From assembly GCA_965112635.1 (NCBI GenBank), contig OZ218778.1, forward strand, positions 992,001 through 1,056,000: DNA of 64,000 nt. The letters are read 5' to 3'. Below are positions 1-8,401 of the stretch, in pieces (the first letter of the stretch is position 1; each line of letters opens with the position of its first letter). Position numbers and translations under genes: made by a program. This DNA is from an uncultured bacterium. GTDB lineage: Bacteria > Oederibacteriota > Oederibacteriia > Oederibacteriales > Oederibacteriaceae. The notes beneath the pieces were generated by a model. It ran no database searches. It was not told the origin of the DNA and saw nothing but the letters and a program-made list of their open reading frames with translations.

Positions 1-359
1 CAATAAAAGGCATTGATATTTCTATAGAGAAAGTACCTTCCCAAGCAATCAACTGCTGGAAAATAATAATCACGGGGTATGTTGATGCTGATACTGTAGA
101 GCAGTTAATAGGTGAGTTAATGGTTTTGACCCGCCAGAAGTCAGTCAAATTGATAGTGGATTTAAAAGGGGTTACATTCATGGGTTGCGCTGGCTGGTCT
201 GCCTTAACACAGATAGCGGAAGAACTCTTCAAAGCTCAGGGAAAGATCGTTATTTTAAATATGACACCTAATATGGAACGCACTTATAAGTTATTAAAAC
301 TGGAAGCTACTCTGCCGTCTTTTACCAATGAAGATGACGCATTACACTATCTATTATAG
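1..359 (+). CDS. STAS-domain anti-sigma-factor antagonist, paralogue 1 (5' truncated by the window edge)
   Basis: The frame is open from position 3 (IKGIDISIEKVPSQAINCWKIIITGYVDADT...) into the called ORF 120..359. It has STAS motifs IVDLKGVTFM and a C-terminal F..EDDAL, and is closely similar to 540..926 and 2164..2535. Confidence 0.85.
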   Translation, partial: IKGIDISIEKVPSQAINCWKIIITGYVDADTVEQLIGELMVLTRQKSVKLIVDLKGVTFMGCAGWSALTQIAEELFKAQGKIVILNMTPNMERTYKLLKLEATLPSFTNEDDALHYLL

Positions 360-434
360 ATAACCTCCCTTTGGGTTTTAGACGCTTAAGCCGTTTTAAA
401 TAATGATAGATACCAACCCTTACTATTTTTAGGG

Positions 435-468
435 ATTAGGTCATTACCTATGGTGTATAATTAAATTT
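435..468 (+). promoter_or_regulatory. Putative sigma70 promoter (TATAAT) shared by STAS paralogues
   Basis: ATTAGG-N6-CCTATGGTGTATAATTAAATT, nearly repeated at 2071..2105 upstream of the third STAS gene. Confidence 0.55.
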
Positions 469-539
469 AATAAATGTGGTTATGCCATTGAACAAGCTGC
501 ATATTTATTTATTACTCAAATCAGAAAGAGGTTAAATAA

Positions 540-926
540 GTGAGTGAAACAAAAGGGGTTGATATATCTATAGAGCAATTCACCCCCCCCCCCCCCCGCG
601 CGAATTCTCTTCAGCCAATTAACTGCTGGAAAATAATAATCAAAGGCTATCTTGATGCGAGTACCGCAGGGCAGCTAATGAGGGAGTCGAAAGTTTTAAC
701 CTGCCAGAAATCAATCAAAGTGATTGTGGATTTAAAAGGTGTTACCTTCATGGATGCTGCTGGATGGGCTATTTTAATACATGTAGCTGAAGAAATCTTA
801 AAGACTCAAGGGAAAGCTGTTATTTTAAATATGACACCTGCTGTGGAAAGTGTTTATAAGTTATTGGAACCAAAACATCTACCGTCTTTTTCAACTGAAG
901 CTGATGCACTGCACTACTTGGGCTAA
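540..926 (+). CDS. STAS-domain anti-sigma-factor antagonist, paralogue 2 (contains C15 tract)
   Basis: GYLDASTA, IVDLKGVTFMDAAG and FSTEADAL motifs; GAGG RBS before a GTG start. Confidence 0.85.
   Translation: MSETKGVDISIEQFTPPPPRANSLQPINCWKIIIKGYLDASTAGQLMRESKVLTCQKSIKVIVDLKGVTFMDAAGWAILIHVAEEILKTQGKAVILNMTPAVESVYKLLEPKHLPSFSTEADALHYLG
583..597 (+). repeat. Poly-C homopolymer (C15) inside STAS paralogue 2
   Basis: 15 consecutive C encoding T-PPPP-R; absent from the other two paralogues. Confidence 0.9.
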
Positions 927-1057
927 AGATTCTGGCTAACCAACCTTCTAAATTTCAGTGAATCAAAAAACGTCCGAGTAATAAACCTATATGTTTGACA
1001 TGAGCAAAAGGGAAGAGCAGAATTAGGAAGGTGTTTTAGTAATTCTAAAAGTGTAAC

Positions 1058-1396
1058 TTGAGGTTCATCGTGGATGCCAAAAAACCATATCCCAATGATT
1101 CCACTAAAAAGAAGATTGAAGCTTTTTTCCTAACACCGATACCAGACAAAGTTCGTAATGAAGTGGTGGAATGCCAAGGAGGTTTTATTCTCCAGGAAGT
1201 CAGACCTCACTGGCAGAGGCAAGGAGAGTTTACCCGTCATCTTTTTGCTAAGATGGTTTATGTGTCTAAGACAGATGAATGGAAAGTTTATTGGCAACGG
1301 GCAAATGGAGATTGGAATCTACTTCATATGCTTAAGACTTTGGACGAGGTTCTGGTGTTTATCAATTCCAATCCTAATGGTTGCTTTTTCGGATGA
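1058..1396 (+). CDS. DUF3024-like protein
   Basis: E.RP.W...AK..Y.....WKVYWQRANGDW pattern and C-terminal NPNGCFFG typical of DUF3024 (recognised by eye); start uncertain. Confidence 0.65.
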   Translation: MRFIVDAKKPYPNDSTKKKIEAFFLTPIPDKVRNEVVECQGGFILQEVRPHWQRQGEFTRHLFAKMVYVSKTDEWKVYWQRANGDWNLLHMLKTLDEVLVFINSNPNGCFFG

Positions 1397-1596
1397 ATAT
1401 GACGTTACTGACAAAAACACTCCCTCGCTGGCCCAGACGGTCGCTTTCAGCGGAATTTCCAAACTATTATAACCAGAAAATAAGATAGATTTATTAAGAT
1501 GACTGAAATTTATTAGCCCTGTCGATTGTTATTACTAATAGGGGTTTGTTGGCTTTATATGTAGTTATATTTAGGAAGAAATATTAAAAGATACTA

Positions 1597-1950
1597 TTGG
1601 AGGGGGTGAAAATAATGAAAATTACCAAAATATTGTTATTAGTAGTTCTGGTATTTGCTTTTAGCGGAGTGTCTTTATTGATGGCGCAGACCGCAGCTGT
1701 TACTCCAGCTGTGAATAAGACAGCCCTCGATGCAGATAAAGCTGCCCTGAAAAATGATAGAGCAGCTATGAAGACTGATATGGAAAAGCTGAAAGCGGAT
1801 AAGGCAGCCAACAATGCCACCGCTGTTACGGCAGACAAAGCCCAACTCGCGAAAGATAAAGCCCAGATGAAAGCTGATATGAAGAAGTTCAAGGCTGACG
1901 GAGGAAAGGGATTCGGGGGAGAAGGTAAAGGAAAGGGAGGAAAAAAGTAG
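1597..1950 (+). CDS. Small secreted helical Ala/Lys/Asp-rich protein
   Basis: Signal peptide (probable start ATG 1615, after GGAGG), repeated D.A.LK.D heptad-like segments, Gly/Lys tail. Confidence 0.7.
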   Translation: MEGVKIMKITKILLLVVLVFAFSGVSLLMAQTAAVTPAVNKTALDADKAALKNDRAAMKTDMEKLKADKAANNATAVTADKAQLAKDKAQMKADMKKFKADGGKGFGGEGKGKGGKK

Positions 1951-1977
1951 CCCAGTAACTTTCCTTAGAAAATAGAG

Positions 1978-2013
1978 AAAGGGGGAGGTGATTTATCACT
2001 TCCCCTTTTTTTT
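1978..2013 (+). terminator. Rho-independent terminator
   Basis: GGGGAGGTGAT-TT-ATCACTTCCCC followed by a T8 run. Confidence 0.8.
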
Positions 2014-2070
2014 GTGCCCATTACCAATTTCAATCTAGGCTATCCCAGGAGAGATTCTAAAAAGGAATCC

Positions 2071-2105
2071 ATTAGGAAGTGCCTATGGTGGTATAATTAA
2101 ATTAA
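2071..2105 (+). promoter_or_regulatory. Putative extended -10 promoter of STAS paralogue 3
   Basis: CCTATGGTGGTATAATTAAATT (TGn-TATAAT), homologous to 435..468. Confidence 0.55.
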
Positions 2106-2163
2106 GCAGATATATTTGTATTGAGCAACCCACAGACACCCATCACCCAAAATAGGGGGACTC

Positions 2164-2535
2164 GTGGATGAAACAACAGGCATTGATATTTCAATAGAGA
2201 AAATACCCTCCCAGACAATCAACTGCTGGAAAATAATCATCAAGGGATATCTCGATGTTGATACCGCAGGCCAGTTAATGAGTGAATCAATGGTTTTGAC
2301 CTGCCGGAAATCAGTCAAAGTAATAGTGGATTTAAAAGGTGTTACTTTCATAGACAGTGCCGGATGGGATGCTTTACTACGCATAGCGGAAGAGCTTATC
2401 AAAACAAAAGGGAAAATCGTTATTTTAAATATGACACCTACTGTGGAACGCGGTTATAAGTTATTAAAACTGGAATCTACTTTGCCATCTTTTCCTACTG
2501 AAGCTGATGTGTGGAAAAAATCGCAAAGAGTATAA
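2164..2535 (+). CDS. STAS-domain anti-sigma-factor antagonist, paralogue 3
   Basis: GYLDVDTA and IVDLKGVTFIDSAG; keeps the Ser equivalent to the SpoIIAA phospho-acceptor. Confidence 0.85.
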   Translation: MDETTGIDISIEKIPSQTINCWKIIIKGYLDVDTAGQLMSESMVLTCRKSVKVIVDLKGVTFIDSAGWDALLRIAEELIKTKGKIVILNMTPTVERGYKLLKLESTLPSFPTEADVWKKSQRV

Positions 2536-2572
2536 GTTATAAGTTTGCTACACCAAGCAGGGGAGGGTAATT

Positions 2573-3622
2573 ATGAAAAAGGATGAGGAAAAACAAAAAA
2601 ATTTAAAACAAGGAGCAGATAAAAAAGGTCTGAAAAAAACAGGAGTGATCAAGAAAATTAAAGATGGCCTTATCTCAACGATTAAAAGGACTGTTTCAAG
2701 AAAGACCAAGGATGTTGCCCTAGTTACTCCTGGGAAGTCAGAAACAGCAGAACCTACCAAAGAGAAATTTGTTGAGCAAAAGATGATGAATCAACTGGGC
2801 GGGCCTGTAGTGATGAGAGTGGATGAACGCTATGTTCTCCCTTTGGGCTATGGGGATAATAAAATAGTGCTCATGGCTAGAGACCCTTATTGGGCCTTTG
2901 CTTACTGGGAGATCACTCCGGAGAAGGACGCAGAAGTGAGGAACCAAATAGATGAAAAATTACGGCAGGGTCTTAAGTATATCCTTAGAGTTTATGATGT
3001 TACGGATATTAATTTTAACGGCAGCAATGCCAACCGGTATTTTGATATTGAGTTAACCAGTGTCATCAATAATTGGTATCTCAATGTAGGGGTAGCCAAT
3101 AGGTCGTATTGCGTAGATATAGGTATCCTGACCGCTGATGGTCGGTTCTTTATGATAGCCAGGTCCAATTTTATCACGACCCCTAGCGATGTTATTTCAT
3201 CCGCCGTGGATGAGGAATGGATGGTAGCCAGTGATGACTTTAATGAAATATTCCGTTTATCCGGCGGCTTGCAAAGAGGATCTGCCTCAGGGGATATATC
3301 CAAGCTGTTGATGAAAAGACTGCAAGAGGAAACATCTTCAGGTTCCATGGGCAGCCTGTCCAGTCCGGCTGGCCGAGAAGTCAGAGCCAAGGACTTCTGG
3401 CTAGTCGTGGATGCCGAACTCATTATTTACGGGGCCACTGAACCTGATGCGACGGTGACAATACAAGGCCGACCACTCACATTAAATGCGGATGGAACTT
3501 TCAGTTGCCGTTTTGCTTTACCTGATGGGAAACAGGTTTTTCCTGTAAAAGCCGTGTCAGTGGATAAGACTGATGAACGGATCATTACGCCTACGGTGAC
3601 ACGAAGCACTACTAAAGGATAA
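2573..3622 (+). CDS. DUF4912 domain-containing protein
   Basis: LP.GYGDNKIVLMARDPYWAFAYWE, LRVYDVT, NNWYL, IARSN and C-terminal FWLVVDAELIIYGATEPDA motifs. Confidence 0.85.
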   Translation: MKKDEEKQKNLKQGADKKGLKKTGVIKKIKDGLISTIKRTVSRKTKDVALVTPGKSETAEPTKEKFVEQKMMNQLGGPVVMRVDERYVLPLGYGDNKIVLMARDPYWAFAYWEITPEKDAEVRNQIDEKLRQGLKYILRVYDVTDINFNGSNANRYFDIELTSVINNWYLNVGVANRSYCVDIGILTADGRFFMIARSNFITTPSDVISSAVDEEWMVASDDFNEIFRLSGGLQRGSASGDISKLLMKRLQEETSSGSMGSLSSPAGREVRAKDFWLVVDAELIIYGATEPDATVTIQGRPLTLNADGTFSCRFALPDGKQVFPVKAVSVDKTDERIITPTVTRSTTKG

Positions 3623-3827
3623 GGGGCTGGAAAAAGATACCTTTAGGGATCGGATGGCTGGAGCTATGAAATGAATACAGTAAAAAGGTACAAAGTAATA
3701 AAGAAAGGTTGGGTCTGGCTGGTTGAGGAAAAAGGGTTATCGGTCAAGGTCATTAAAACCATCAAATCAGGTAAAAATGAAAAAGGGGTAATAATAAGAA
3801 ATAAAACTAAAAGACGAAGAGGTAAAA

Positions 3828-3992
3828 GTGTTTAGAAAAGTTGTTGCTTCTCTGCTTAGAAATATCACCCAGAAACCTTACTCTACCTGCTTGAAGTGCG
3901 GCAGAATTACTTTTGACTCAACGGGCATTAAGAGTAAATACTGTGACAACTGCAAGAATGCTTTAGAGAATAAAAAGAAAACAGAAAAGTAA
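3828..3992 (+). CDS. Small zinc-ribbon-like protein (54 aa, not in the ORF track)
   Basis: GAGG RBS, GTG start; MFRKVVASLLRNITQKPYSTCLKCGRITFDSTGIKSKYCDNCKNALENKKKTEK has two CxxC pairs. Confidence 0.55.
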   Translation: MFRKVVASLLRNITQKPYSTCLKCGRITFDSTGIKSKYCDNCKNALENKKKTEK

Positions 3993-4011
3993 TTTGCCAT
4001 AGCCATAGCTC

Positions 4012-4329
4012 ATGGATATCTATATGTACCCTATTCAAAGGAGAGTCTTTATGACCCCAGTGGAAAAAGTTGCAGAGAGTTTAAAGAATGAAGCCAAAAG
4101 GCTTTGCCCCATAGCCTTCGTGAATACAGTTTCAGAGAGTGATCAGGTGGCTGATGTCTATGTCTATGCGCCTCGTAAGTATGCCGATATGCTACAAGAC
4201 AGGTTAAAGGTTTTGAGGACACAGATTTTTAAGACAATGACTGGTTCAATGGAAGTGAGGATTATCATGGACGATATGGAAAATATGACACCTAAATTAA
4301 AAGAGCAGATGGCAAAGGAGAATAGGTAG
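4012..4329 (+). CDS. Hypothetical protein
   Basis: ORF; AGGAG RBS suggests a start at ATG 4051. Confidence 0.55.
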   Translation: MDIYMYPIQRRVFMTPVEKVAESLKNEAKRLCPIAFVNTVSESDQVADVYVYAPRKYADMLQDRLKVLRTQIFKTMTGSMEVRIIMDDMENMTPKLKEQMAKENR

Positions 4330-4413
4330 GAGTTTAAAGGGGTAAAAGCCATCTTAGAATTACAATGGCTAAACACTAAGTGGGTTTATTAAGTTTTAAG
4401 GAAGGAGGTTGCG

Positions 4414-5079
4414 ATGGGAGAAAAAGTAAGAACAATTAAGCTTGGTTTTGTGAACGCATTTTTAGTTGAATCGAGGAACGGTTTTATTTTGATAGATACA
4501 GGTATGGCTAACCAGTGGGACCAATTGGAAAGCCGATTGCTATCCTTTGGTTGCCTTCCCGAACAACTGAAACTCGTGGTGATCACACACGGTGACCCTG
4601 ACCATACAGGAGGTTGTGTAAAGCTTCAGCAGAAATACAAGGTTAGCGTAGCAATCCATCAGGGAGATGCTTCAATGGTGGAGAACGGCATCATGCAGAA
4701 AAGGAAAATACGGGGTTTAAAACGTAAGGTATTTATTTTTTTCAGGAGATTGATGATGCCAAAACTAAGAATGACCAAGTTCAAACCAGATATGCTTTTA
4801 AGTGACGGGCAAAGTCTGGAACAATACGGATTGAAAGCAAGGGTATATCATCTGCCAGGACACACCATGGGTTCTATCGGTATTTTAACCGATGAAGGGG
4901 ATTTCTTTTCTGGTGACACTCTGGTGAATAACAAAAAGCCCGATACTGCTACTTACATTGAAAATTCACAGGAACTACAGAATACAATTGATAAGTTAAA
5001 GAAATTAGGGATGAAAAAGATTTTTCCTGGTCATGGCAAGCCATTCTTAGCAGAAGAACTTCCGTGGATGAAAAAGTAG
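4414..5079 (+). CDS. MBL-fold metallo-hydrolase
   Basis: LIDTG, THGDPDHTGG (HxxxDH variant), PGHTMGS, SGD and PGHG motifs. Confidence 0.9.
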   Translation: MGEKVRTIKLGFVNAFLVESRNGFILIDTGMANQWDQLESRLLSFGCLPEQLKLVVITHGDPDHTGGCVKLQQKYKVSVAIHQGDASMVENGIMQKRKIRGLKRKVFIFFRRLMMPKLRMTKFKPDMLLSDGQSLEQYGLKARVYHLPGHTMGSIGILTDEGDFFSGDTLVNNKKPDTATYIENSQELQNTIDKLKKLGMKKIFPGHGKPFLAEELPWMKK

Positions 5080-5206
5080 GACAGAGAAGAAAAGAGTTTC
5101 TTTTCCACTGGTCAATTCAAAATATCATAAAAAAACTTAACATACCAAAATAGGGTGTAAATTCAAGGTCACGAGTTCAATAAGACTGAGGATGCCCTCT
5201 GCTAAA

Positions 5207-5240
5207 ACAAAAAGGCCTCTATTTTATAGAGGCCTTTTGT
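5207..5240. terminator. Bidirectional intrinsic terminator
   Basis: AAAAGGCCTCTAT-TTT-ATAGAGGCCTTTT between convergent genes. Confidence 0.8.
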
Positions 5241-5259
5241 CCTATTTCTTGATGTAATG

Positions 5260-5991
5260 TTACTTTGCTGCTGGTGTTACCGGTGTCGTATTAGGCACAA
5301 CTGGGGTGGTGCTTACCGCTCCCTTGCCTGAAAGATCAAAATAATAGGCAAGGCTGACTTTAAGCGCTAACCCGCTAAAATCAGCTGCCGCATCTGAGCC
5401 GCCACTGGTCTTCCAATTTCCGCCAGTAGATGTTGCGATAGGAGATAAGCTGGCATAACGATAACCTAAATCCAAACTTGCTGAAAACTGGCGAGTAAGG
5501 AAATATTCTGCACCCACAGTTAACAGAACACCCACACCTGAACTGGTATAGGTTGGTGATGGGTAACCCGGAATAGTTGTGCTCATGCTACCATTCAAGG
5601 ATTCATAAGCAATGCCTAGATTGACCTTTAAATCCAAGTTTTGAGTAACGTCCGGCCACACATACCCGCCTGTGACTGCGACTTCGAGTAATGGCGCATT
5701 CAAGGTAAGGTTGTAAGTTGAACCTTCAATATTTGAATTGGTGCTGCCGGAATAAATATAATCAACAGCTAAACCACCTTCAATATTTGGAGTAAAACCG
5801 TAGGTAACAGCACCGCCTCCACCTAAAGCTTGGCTAATCGAGTTCAGAGGGCTTAAAGTGCTATTAACATCGCTCATTGATACTGTTGCGTAATCAAAAA
5901 TGCCGTGAATACCTAACTGACCATCACGACTCCCTGCACTGGCGCTAACAGCGATCAAAAGAACTGTTAAAACAATAACTAATTTTTTCAT
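5260..5991 (-). CDS. Outer-membrane beta-barrel protein (OmpA/OmpW-like)
   Basis: Signal peptide, alternating amphipathic strands (VGAEYFL, LDLGYRYA, VSLAYYF), Pro/Thr-rich tail. Confidence 0.7.
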   Translation of the reverse strand: MKKLVIVLTVLLIAVSASAGSRDGQLGIHGIFDYATVSMSDVNSTLSPLNSISQALGGGGAVTYGFTPNIEGGLAVDYIYSGSTNSNIEGSTYNLTLNAPLLEVAVTGGYVWPDVTQNLDLKVNLGIAYESLNGSMSTTIPGYPSPTYTSSGVGVLLTVGAEYFLTRQFSASLDLGYRYASLSPIATSTGGNWKTSGGSDAAADFSGLALKVSLAYYFDLSGKGAVSTTPVVPNTTPVTPAAK

Positions 5992-6067
5992 AATATTTTC
6001 ACCCCCTTTCTTTCTAAAATTTAAATGTTAGCGTTATGTTAGGGTGAGCAAACGGTTTTGTCAATAG

Positions 6068-6128
6068 TTGACATGGATAAATTATTGATTTATCATAGAT
6101 GTTGATATAGTAGATATATCAACTATAT
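6068..6128 (+). promoter_or_regulatory. sigma70 promoter plus palindromic MarR operator
   Basis: TTGACA (6068)-17 bp-TATCAT (6091), then the near-perfect 24-bp palindrome ATATAGTAGATATATCAACTATAT (6105..6128) directly before the marR-family gene. Confidence 0.7.
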
Positions 6129-6145
6129 TTTTATAGGAGACAGTA

Positions 6146-6559
6146 ATGGAAACAAAAGATATTTTAAAAAAAATCATATTTTTATACCGCGCTGTCGGCA
6201 GATTGTCCGCGCGTCATTTTGAACCCTTGGGTTTAACCCCGATTCAGGGTGGACTTATCGGCTACCTTTTCCGGCACAGCAAAATATCCCAAGCGGATCT
6301 ATCGCGTTTAGCTGGGAGCGACCCGGCAGCTACGGGAAAAGCCATTGACAGCCTTATAAAAAATGGCTGGGTCGTCAAACACGAACATCCTACCGACCGC
6401 CGGCGCTGGATCATTTCTCTGAGCTCTAAAGGTAAAAAGGCGGGGTCTAAGGTCACAAAATATTTCGTCAATGTTTCCAAAGAAATTTTGTCACCACTCA
6501 ATCAGAGAGAAAGCAAAGTTCTACTCTCTTTACTCGATAAGATTATTAATAAACTATAA
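6146..6559 (+). CDS. MarR-family transcriptional regulator
   Basis: LTP.Q, SQADLS, L.KNGWV and DRRRW.ISLS.KG motifs. Confidence 0.9.
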   Translation: METKDILKKIIFLYRAVGRLSARHFEPLGLTPIQGGLIGYLFRHSKISQADLSRLAGSDPAATGKAIDSLIKNGWVVKHEHPTDRRRWIISLSSKGKKAGSKVTKYFVNVSKEILSPLNQRESKVLLSLLDKIINKL

Positions 6560-6644
6560 GTCTAACCAACGACTTTTATCTGAAAGGAGCTATTATTTCT
6601 TTGGAAAGAAAAATTATTTTAAAAATCAATATTAGAAAAGGGGT

Positions 6645-6926
6645 GTGAGTATGGCATTTGATAATAAGAAAAAAGTGACCAAGCATGTTTTTGTCCTAAA
6701 CTGGAAGGGAGCAAAACAGATTAAGGTTTGCGGGAGCTTCAATAGCTGGGACAAAGCTGGAATTCCGATGAAAGACAAGGGCGGATTATGGACCGCAGAG
6801 GTTGATTTGGCACCGGGAAGATATGAGTATAAATATATCGTGGATGGGAAATGGCATGCTGATCCAGCTACAGAGCGGGTCTGGAATGATTTGGGTTCGG
6901 AGAACTCGGTAGTAAATATTAAATAA
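6645..6926 (+). CDS. Stand-alone glycogen-binding domain (CBM48/AMPK-beta-like)
   Basis: V.GSFN.W, L.PGRYEYKYIVDGKW..DP and G.ENS motifs. Confidence 0.85.
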   Translation: MSMAFDNKKKVTKHVFVLNWKGAKQIKVCGSFNSWDKAGIPMKDKGGLWTAEVDLAPGRYEYKYIVDGKWHADPATERVWNDLGSENSVVNIK

Positions 6927-6960
6927 TTCTTTTTGTAAGGTAAAAAGTCAGCAAGGAACA

Positions 6961-7179
6961 ATGATATTGAAAAAATTAGTATTTTCATTTTCAGCACCCT
7001 TAAATAAATTGGATTCGATAAAACAAACTTACGGTTGTAGGCATAGCAACCCTGGATTTTGTTACAGGAATTTTGTAGTGGGTAAATGTGCTTTTATTGA
7101 GCCAGACAAGATTTGCAAAGCACCTTCAAATGCTTGGCCTAAACAGTTCCTGAAGCTAAAATCAATGAACTCTTTGTAG
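6961..7179 (+). CDS. Small Cys-rich hypothetical protein
   Basis: 72-aa ORF with GCRHSNP..C....CAF....IC..P...W pattern. Confidence 0.5.
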   Translation: MILKKLVFSFSAPLNKLDSIKQTYGCRHSNPGFCYRNFVVGKCAFIEPDKICKAPSNAWPKQFLKLKSMNSL

Positions 7180-7247
7180 TCAAATTACTTCAGTTACACT
7201 CTGAGCAAACAGTGTGGGGTCAAACTTTATGACAAGAATGGGTTGGG

Positions 7248-7421
7248 TTAGGAAGCTTTAGTATCACCATGTTTCTGGACAAATTTTTTAATATCATCAA
7301 TGTGCTCTAAAATTAATTTAGCTTTCCTTAGTCCAAAATTAAAAGGAAATCTGTCTTCCTCCATTGCCTTTAAAATAAGTACCGGGCTTCCTTTATATTC
7401 TGATTCTTCAACAATTGGCAT
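7248..7421 (-). CDS. Small hypothetical protein (57 aa, not in the ORF track)
   Basis: GGAGG RBS; MPIVEESEYKGSPVLILKAMEEDRFPFNFGLRKAKLILEHIDDIKKFVQKHGDTKAS. Confidence 0.7.
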   Translation of the reverse strand: MPIVEESEYKGSPVLILKAMEEDRFPFNFGLRKAKLILEHIDDIKKFVQKHGDTKAS

Positions 7422-7588
7422 GACAATCCTCCCTTTAGTTATATAAGTTTCAAGATAATCATATCATTGGGTATAACTAACATTACATTGCCCTTTGGGC
7501 ACACCGCCTGACATAACATGATAAATACCTTTTAGTCTTCAAATCTCATGGTTTTCTCTTGTTATTCTTTGGAATTGAACCACCCCGG

Positions 7589-8401
7589 TCAAGGGGGTGC
7601 TAATACAGGAAGCGTGGGATAGAGCCTGGTCGCGATGGCCAGCACGCCCGCGGAGCAAGCGGCCAACACGGCGATATCTTCACCCACGCTGTAAAAGACC
7701 GGCTGGAGCAACAAGCTGCGCAGGCCGTCCACCAGGTAGCTCATGGGGTTGACCGCGGCAAAAACCTTGAGCCAGTCCGGCATCATCGCCACCGGGTACA
7801 GGGCGTTGGAGGCGAAGAACAAAGGCATGGTCACGAGCTGGCCGATGCCCATCATGCGTTCGCGGGTGCGCACGATGGAGGCGATGATCATGGAAAATCC
7901 CGTGAACAGGGTCGACCCGAGCACCGTCAGCAGGATCAGGAACAGGACCCGGTCCAGGCCCCACTGCAGATGGATGCCCAGGAGCGTGGCCAGAGTCAGG
8001 ATGACGATGAGCTGGCTGAAGGAGCGCACCGAGCCGGCCAGCATCTTGCCCAGCACCAGGGCGGAACGCTGAATGGGCGTGGTCAGCATTTTTTGCAGCA
8101 CCCCCATGTCCCTTTCCCAGATGATGGACAGGCCGTTGAAAATAGAGACAAAGGTGATGGACTGCGCCAGGATGCCCGGTGTCAAAAAAGCCAGGTAGCT
8201 GACGTCGCCTGTCGGGATGACGCGCATGTGGTTGAAAGCCTCCCCGAAGAACAGCAGCCACAGGGCCGGTTGCAGGCTGCGCGAGATGACCTCGGTGGGG
8301 TCCTTGAAAATTTTCAGGGTCTCCATCTCCACGATGACCCACAGGTGGTAAACATACATGAAAGCCTGGTTGTTCTTTTTAACCGAGTCGGTTGGCAACA
8401 C
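7589..8401 (-). CDS. ABC-2 type exporter permease (DrrB-like)
   Basis: PGILAQ, IIWERD.G, FASNALYP and NPMSYLVDGLR motifs; six TM segments. Confidence 0.9.
   Translation of the reverse strand: MLPTDSVKKNNQAFMYVYHLWVIVEMETLKIFKDPTEVISRSLQPALWLLFFGEAFNHMRVIPTGDVSYLAFLTPGILAQSITFVSIFNGLSIIWERDMGVLQKMLTTPIQRSALVLGKMLAGSVRSFSQLIVILTLATLLGIHLQWGLDRVLFLILLTVLGSTLFTGFSMIIASIVRTRERMMGIGQLVTMPLFFASNALYPVAMMPDWLKVFAAVNPMSYLVDGLRSLLLQPVFYSVGEDIAVLAACSAGVLAIATRLYPTLPVLAPP

Noticed and set aside
1-2535. STAS copies as a DGR template/variable repeat
   Set aside because: Differences are not adenine-specific and there is no reverse transcriptase in the window.
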